A DNA stretch of 64,000 nt from contig OZ024748.1 in NCBI GenBank assembly GCA_964016885.1, positions 19,716,001-19,780,000 on the forward strand, given 5' to 3'. Source of the DNA: Eledone cirrhosa. Its lineage: Eukaryota. The notes below the pieces were generated by a model. The model made no database searches. It had not been told where the DNA came from and saw nothing but the letters and a program-made list of their open reading frames with translations. The position numbers and the translations under genes are program-made. Of this stretch, positions 56,648 through 64,000 are shown piece after piece (position 1 is the stretch's first letter; each line of letters starts with the position of its first letter).

Positions 56648-56692
56648 TACCACTGATGATGTTGCAGATGTGCAACGAAAGAACTGTGAGTG
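56648..56692 (+). ncRNA. Hammerhead motif with non-cleavable triplet (likely inactive)
   Basis: tacca CTGATGA t gttgca gatg tgcaac GAA AG aa CT G tgagtg; N17 is G. Confidence 0.55.
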
Positions 56693-56892
56693 TGTTCTGT
56701 TATTATTTCTGGCAATATTATTACAACAATATGACCCTCTCCAAGTATAACAATATATATATATGTGTGTGTGTGTAGGGGGAGAAAGGGAGAGAGATGG
56801 AGAAAGAAAGGAAGTGAGAGATGCGGAAGTGAGGAGAATATTCATATATATATATATATGTGTGCTCATGTGTGTGTGTATGTGTGTGTATG

Positions 56893-56954
<62 letters not shown>

Positions 56955-57633
56955 AATACATATACGCATCCATATGTATGTGTGGGCGTGCATTTGTATA
57001 CGCACGCGCACACACATAAACACACACACAAACACACACACAAACACACACACATATATATGTACATTCATATACATGCACGTATATTTATGTACACTTA
57101 AAAATTGAAATCTACAAACACGCACATACACACACAAATACACACACAAATACACACACAAATACACACACATCGAGACATGTACGATTTCATTAAAAAT
57201 TGTGAACCGTGAAGCTCGACTTAATTCTAAATTATTTATGTAGATTAAAAATATGACTTTCAAAGCATGAGACAGCGAACTGCTAGCATGTTATCAAGTA
57301 CATCATGTACATTATGCTCGGGTTGTCGACCCCTTAACCAACACCCACCCTGGGAAACGAATGGGCTCTTAACTCTCGATGGAGTTGTAGGGAGCGTCGC
57401 TCTAACATACCATCTACCTCGGTTACTGTAAACACGATGGTGCCTATAATTCTATAGATTATGAGAGTGTAAGGGAAATATAAATATATATATATATACA
57501 CGCACACACAAACACACTCATACATACATACATAAATATATATACATATATATATATGATATAAACTCCGTCACTCCTATGTGGAAAAAGTACGTTGAGT
57601 GCTTGAATTGAATTGCATCAATATTTACCTTAA

Positions 57634-57695
<62 letters not shown>

Positions 57696-57697
57696 TT

Positions 57698-57905
57698 GAA
57701 GGCGTGTGGCTGAGTTGGATTCGCAATCGTAATGTTGTGAGTTCGATTCCTGGACCAGGCGATGTGTTATGTCCTTGAGCAAGACACTTTATTTCACGTT
57801 TATCCTTCTACCTGGAGTTGCGACCGATAGATAGTATTAGCAATTGGAAAGACCAACGGAAACATTGTTCCCTCGGTCCGATTTGACGAAAGTCGATCAT
57901 TCCTT
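57698..57905 (+). mobile_element. tRNA-derived CORE-like SINE inserted in (TA)n
   Basis: Near-identical inverted copy of 53051-53271. Confidence 0.85.
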
Positions 57906-58825
57906 TATATATATACTTAAATGGCATAGAATGAAACGAAATTTCATTTCTCACTCTTAGTACGGCACTTACTTAAATGTAAGTATGTATGTATGTATGT
58001 ATACGTACATACATATATGTATACAGACGTACAGTAGTATGTATATATATACATACAACATACATGCACACATATATATATGCACGTATCGGTTTACCGA
58101 ACATTTATTATAATGCTCGGTTTGTTTGTATATATATATATATATATATATATACTTAAATATATTTTTCAAACCTCTCTACTCCCTCATCCCTCCTGAT
58201 TTTCCTCTATTTTCTTTTCATATTCCTTACCTATCTTTCCATATCGCCTACGATATATTTCCCCCCTTCTCTCCTTTTCTACACATATCTTTATTGTTAT
58301 TAATATCATATTTAATACGATAGGTTGATTTCGTATAGTTGCCGATTATACTTTTAACTATATATTAGTTCCTTCTTTATCTCTTTCTTCCTCATTTCCA
58401 TATGACTCCCTTCCTCTGTTTATTTATCATTAACACTAGTATTAACGTAATAATTTGAATTTTTGAGTTTACCGTTACGCATATATTTATATTTACTTTG
58501 GATCTCCGATGAAATCCTATGTTTATATGTATTGTAAGTTGATTTGTACATCTCCAGTATTTAGCAATTTATAGACAATTCTACCATGGAAACAATTGTA
58601 AGATTATAATTAAATACACTTATTTGTTTTGTCAACCATGTTATTCTTAACTTTATTCTTAACTTTTATATAGATATATATACTTAGGTTAATAGGAGTT
58701 AGGTATTGTATACCCGTGTCCCATTAAGGTATTGGCAGCATAATAATTAGCTCTATGCTTTGGAGCAGAGCCGTATATATGAAAAAGAACACAAGAGCGT
58801 CTACAACATCAAAAGATTTTTATTG

Positions 58826-58870
58826 GCTTACAATGTTTCTTCCTTACGTAATCGTAGGATTCGTCAGAGC
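58826..58870 (-). ncRNA. Type I hammerhead ribozyme motif
   Basis: gct CTGACGA a tcct acg atta cgt a agga a GAA AC att GT A agc; GUA triplet. Confidence 0.65.
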
Positions 58871-59705
58871 TATAAAAGGGGTTTGATTGGTGTTATGGAC
58901 TCTACCAACCAAACATTCAAGAACAAAGAGTAAAGAGAGTAAAGAGCAAAAGTAGGGGACGATAAGTCTAATTTTGGTGCGGGAGGGTGGGGTGTGGGTC
59001 CTTGTATATATATATATATATAAATACAATATCGGAGAAAGCTTTTTAGCGATACTCCGGCCAAATTCCAACTCACTCAACAAACATTAGGAAATAAGTG
59101 ATTATATTCCTAATTATGCGTTCGGGGTGCTAACTAAAAGTATTGCGTGGAAAAATGGCTATATTATTTCATATGAGACATATCGAATATATCTCTTCCC
59201 ATATATATATATAAATGCAAAAGTTTTTCAAATGCAAAAGCTTTTCAAATATTAATAATAAAATTCGATTCGTTTGCAATTATCTAAACAGCCACATTTT
59301 TAAAGCCATGTCAATAAAATGAGCCCCTCATTCTTGCTCTTGTGTTGGCATGTAAACAGAACTGCAGGCACTAATGTTTCTGGGTATCACCCTTCATCAC
59401 TTCAGTTCACTGTTCACCTGCCAACTGTCAGAGCTAGTGAAAATATATTATATTTTTTTTAATATGCAGTGACTGATCGACCTGATTTGCATATTAGCAG
59501 ACTGATCAGCCAGATTAGCATATCAGCAGACAGGCCAGTCACTTTCCTGTATATGAACGATTAATGGCCGGCTTTGCCATATTCAAATAAAAAAAAAAAA
59601 TGATCGCTCTACGTCCCTGAATACAATAAATGTAATCTGAGATTTTCGAATTTTTATATATATATATATATAAATCTCATATATATATATATATAATTTC
59701 GAAAA

Positions 59706-59804
<99 letters not shown>

Positions 59805-59893
59805 GCCTTAGTTGTTTACCGACACTTCAGTATGGATGTTGGAGCTCTCAACGAAGTGCCCAGGCCGTTCTGTTTACTCTCGAGTAATGAAAG

Positions 59894-60064
59894 AACATTT
59901 TCTGTTCAGTTCTTACTGCTTGATGAGGTCATAGCTGTTGAATAATGGCTATCACTGAAATATACATAGCAGTGAATATGAATAAACGAAGTTAATTTTA
60001 CCCTTGTTGACTTATACCTCTTGTTTATATATATAGATATATATATAGAGAGAGATATACATAA

Positions 60065-60120
<56 letters not shown>

Positions 60121-60163
60121 ATTTATGTATATATAGCTATATATATATATATATTTGTGTATT

Positions 60164-60238
<75 letters not shown>

Positions 60239-60257
60239 GTATTTATGTATATATATC

Positions 60258-60326
<69 letters not shown>

Positions 60327-60455
60327 AAGAGGTGTAAGTCAACAAGGGTAAAATTAACTTCGTTTATTCATATTCACTGCTATGTATATTTCAGTGATAG
60401 CCATTATTCAACAGCTATGACCTCATCAAGCAGTAAGAACTGAACAGAAAATGTT
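59894..60455. repeat. Inverted duplication, ~132-bp arms, centred on a ~300-bp TA-rich tract
   Basis: 59894-60025 versus 60323-60455; about one mismatch seen by eye. Confidence 0.93.
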
Positions 60456-60675
60456 AGTACAGCATTGACGAAGCTTTAGAATACGGCCAAGCTAGCGTAT
60501 GTGCATAATCGGTCTGTAGCTTGAGCACTCAGATGAGGAAAGACCCCAGAGTAATAACATTACGTTCAGACAGCTTAGCAAATCAGATATAGCGGTCGGC
60601 AGTCCGGCCGCTTCACAAGTGCAACGAAAATACAGGACCCAGGAAAAGATTTTATACTGACCCGGACATAGCGGT

Positions 60676-60782
<107 letters not shown>

Positions 60783-61330
60783 ATACTTTGGGAGGGTCAT
60801 GTTGCCAATAAGAAACACACGCACCAGTTGCTTTCACTTCAATTTATAGATAAAGAATCTTGCTAAACAAATTCAGAAACGAAATATATATATATAAATT
60901 AGCGAGAATCGTATTTCAGCACAGGAATTAACGAAAATCAACATCCGATATGTGTGGCAAGCGCTCGATGATTCAGTGAATCAGAGGTACAACAAACCTT
61001 AAAGGCCAAACACACTGAGATGATGGTTAAACATATCATCCGCACAGCCAAAACAAACGACCAAGTAATTCGGGTCAAACAATAAAAATATATGTGTTGA
61101 TACTTTCCCGGACCCTGGAATGATGGTAAAATCCAGTATTTGGTTTCTGCGACTCCAAAATCAGGTACTGTCCGCCTCCATAAAGAATGTTTGGCTTCAG
61201 GTAAGATGATGAACAAGGAAGTCGTGTTATCAACGGGTTTAGTTCTAGGATATATATATATATATATATATATAAATGTAAGTATGTATGTATACGTACA
61301 TACATATATGTATACAGACGTACAGTAGCA

Positions 61331-61428
<98 letters not shown>

Positions 61429-61740
61429 CAGGTACACATACATATATGCACGTATCAGTTTAGCGGACGCTTATTATAACGCCGCTTTGTTCGTTTGTAA
61501 ACAAACTGAACAGCCTGAATTTATGCCATACTGTGTTAAGGCAACCACGTCACCTTTTTGTTCAACACTGACACAGGAACGATGTACTAGTTTCAAGCTT
61601 GTTAGCTATCATCACCACCGTATACCCTTCTGCCAGATAGTTGAACGTTCGAAAGTATATACTTTCCTTATGAAAATTAACGGCTGAGCAGCCTAATTTG
61701 CATATCGAGTGGGTTAAATCGGTCAGGCATACCGAAAACG

Positions 61741-61857
61741 ATAAGTTAAAATAAAATGAAAACGAAATTTCATTTCTCACTCTTAGTACGGCACTTACTT
61801 AAATGTAAGTATGTATGTATACGTACATACATATATGTATACAGACGTACAGTAGCA

Positions 61858-61919
<62 letters not shown>

Positions 61920-62036
61920 TGCTACTGTACGTCTGTATACATATATGTATGTACGTATACATACATACTTACATTTAAGTAAGTGCCGTACTAAGAGTGA
62001 GAAATGAAATTTCGTTTTCATTTTATTTCAACTTAT
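61741..62036. repeat. Near-perfect palindrome, ~120-bp arms, centred on pure (TA)n
   Basis: The ORF track gives the same 83-aa peptide on both strands. Confidence 0.95.
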
Positions 62037-62054
62037 ATATATATATATACATAA

Positions 62055-62119
<65 letters not shown>

Positions 62120-62124
62120 CATAC

Positions 62125-62173
<49 letters not shown>

Positions 62174-62268
62174 CAAACATATATACATACATACATATAT
62201 ATATATACATACATATATACATAGATACGTACATATATATATACATACATACATACATACATATATAT

Positions 62269-62871
62269 GGTGGCTGCCAACTCGTTTTCGAGTACGGCCA
62301 CTACTTTATATCCATGTAGGAGAACTCCTACCGATGCGCTGAACGACTGTGACTTTTCAGTCCAGCCAGCGACTTGAAAACTCTGGTACAAACACTACAC
62401 TTGTGACAATTATTGACACATAGTGCTGGGCTGATGGTACCATGTGACGACAAGTGCAGAGAGATCTCCAAATATAAAGCAATGCCTGTGTCGTGAAGCT
62501 TTTATAGTGAGCAAAGGCACAGCACAAAGCCAGTCCCACTCTCTTAACCAAGATGATATTTACCAAAAAGAACAAGTCAACATCATTGGATACCATCAGG
62601 GTTGCAGGTGTTATATCAGAGTTTTCCTTCTCCTAGAATTCTGTCTTGACAAAAGCTAAGGGATCATCTCTCTCGGTGATTTTGGATGGCCATTGACTCT
62701 TAAGAGCTCCTTTGCCCTTTGACAGGTTTTCTTTTTAGTCCTGCAGGATGTCCAAAGTCACCCTCCTCACCAAGAAACCTTGGTGGGGTTGCCAGTTTAG
62801 TCGCCAACAACCCGACCATGAGACAGGTTGTACTGGGATACATATTACCAGTAGCACCAACTGGTGACCTG
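62269..62871 (-). mobile_element. (TACA)n-associated non-coding retroposon, ~600 bp
   Basis: Collinear with 22403-22998. Confidence 0.85.
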
Positions 62872-62973
62872 ACATATATATATATATATACATACATACA
62901 TACATATATATACATACATATATACATACATACATATATACATATATACATACATATATACATACATACATAC

Positions 62974-63006
<33 letters not shown>

Positions 63007-63052
63007 ATAAATAAATAACAAAGAACGCTTATAGCATATGCATATCTTTACT

Positions 63053-63098
63053 TGCTAACATTGTTTCATCCACACTATAAGTGGGACTCATCAGAGCA
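63053..63098 (-). ncRNA. Type I hammerhead ribozyme motif
   Basis: tgct CTGATGA gtcc cacttatagtgt ggat GAA AC aat GT T agca. Confidence 0.75.
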
Positions 63099-63187
63099 TA
63101 AAGGTTAATTACATACCATACAAGCAATAATATACATACATATATACATACATATATATATACATACATACATATATATATACATAC

Positions 63188-63268
<81 letters not shown>

Positions 63269-63305
63269 CTCATTCTTTGATATACTCACTGAATCTTGTT
63301 TAACT

Positions 63306-63393
<88 letters not shown>

Positions 63394-63401
<8 letters not shown>

Positions 63402-63542
63402 TAAAATAACAGATTAAAGTTTACGCAAAGAATCGCTGCTTTCACCCTTAACGGGATCTTCTGAAACTGTTTCAGAAGATCCCGTTAAGGGTGAAAGCAG
63501 CGATTCTTTGCGTAAACTTTAATCTGTTATTTTAATAAATAT
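63394..63542. repeat. Perfect palindrome, 74-bp arms, 1-nt spacer, beside a degenerate hammerhead-like motif
   Basis: Centre CTGAAAC t GTTTCAG at 63468; right arm CAGAAGA tccc gttaa gggt GAAA; family member at 46575-46690. Confidence 0.93.
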
Positions 63543-63624
63543 TTGCTCTACGGTTCTTATATATTTGATATATATTTTCCTTATCGAGCCCTCTTTGGAT
63601 TTTAGTCTTCAATTTTATTATTAT

Positions 63625-63669
<45 letters not shown>

Positions 63670-64000
63670 TGTGTATATATCAGTGAACAAAGAATGCATT
63701 GCTTATCATTTGTATGGAATATGAATGCTTTATGTTTCAACTGTATGATGTACGCCATTAGTGGAGGTCACTGGCGTACAGATAATATATTATTGTACGC
63801 ATTTTAAAAACCAATAATGAGGTTAAAGATTTAAATTTTCTTTGTGTATGTTGCACAACCTCCATATGTAATATATATCTGATTGCAATTCGACAATTTT
63901 TCTACGTGAAGCTTCTAGCTAAGTCTTAGAAATCACACAGAAGTAATTTCCTTCAAAATCTACCTCATTATAGGAATAATAATACTTCTGTAATATAGTT

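Overview
AT-rich, microsatellite-saturated eukaryotic DNA. The SINE/LINE repertoire and the (TA)n/(CA)n/(TACA)n/(TAA)n load suggest an octopus-like cephalopod, but that is inference from remembered repeat motifs, not a database result. Almost all ORFs in the supplied track are microsatellite translations. The only clearly recognisable protein is the intact C-terminal 317 aa (CCHC knuckle plus PD-(D/E)xK endonuclease) of an R4/Dong-type LINE inserted in (TAA)n. The window also holds decayed RTE, Tx1/L1-like and Penelope (GIY-YIG) pieces, about 25 tRNA-derived SINEs, hAT and piggyBac MITEs, and several minisatellite arrays. The most striking pattern is a dense set of short elements embedded in (TA)n tracts. 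Many carry minimal type I hammerhead ribozyme motifs, and many form long near-perfect palindromes. Some palindromes fold head-to-head at or beside the ribozyme motif; others fold back on a central (TA)n tract. A chain of weak candidate minus-strand host exons with no recognisable homology is also noted.
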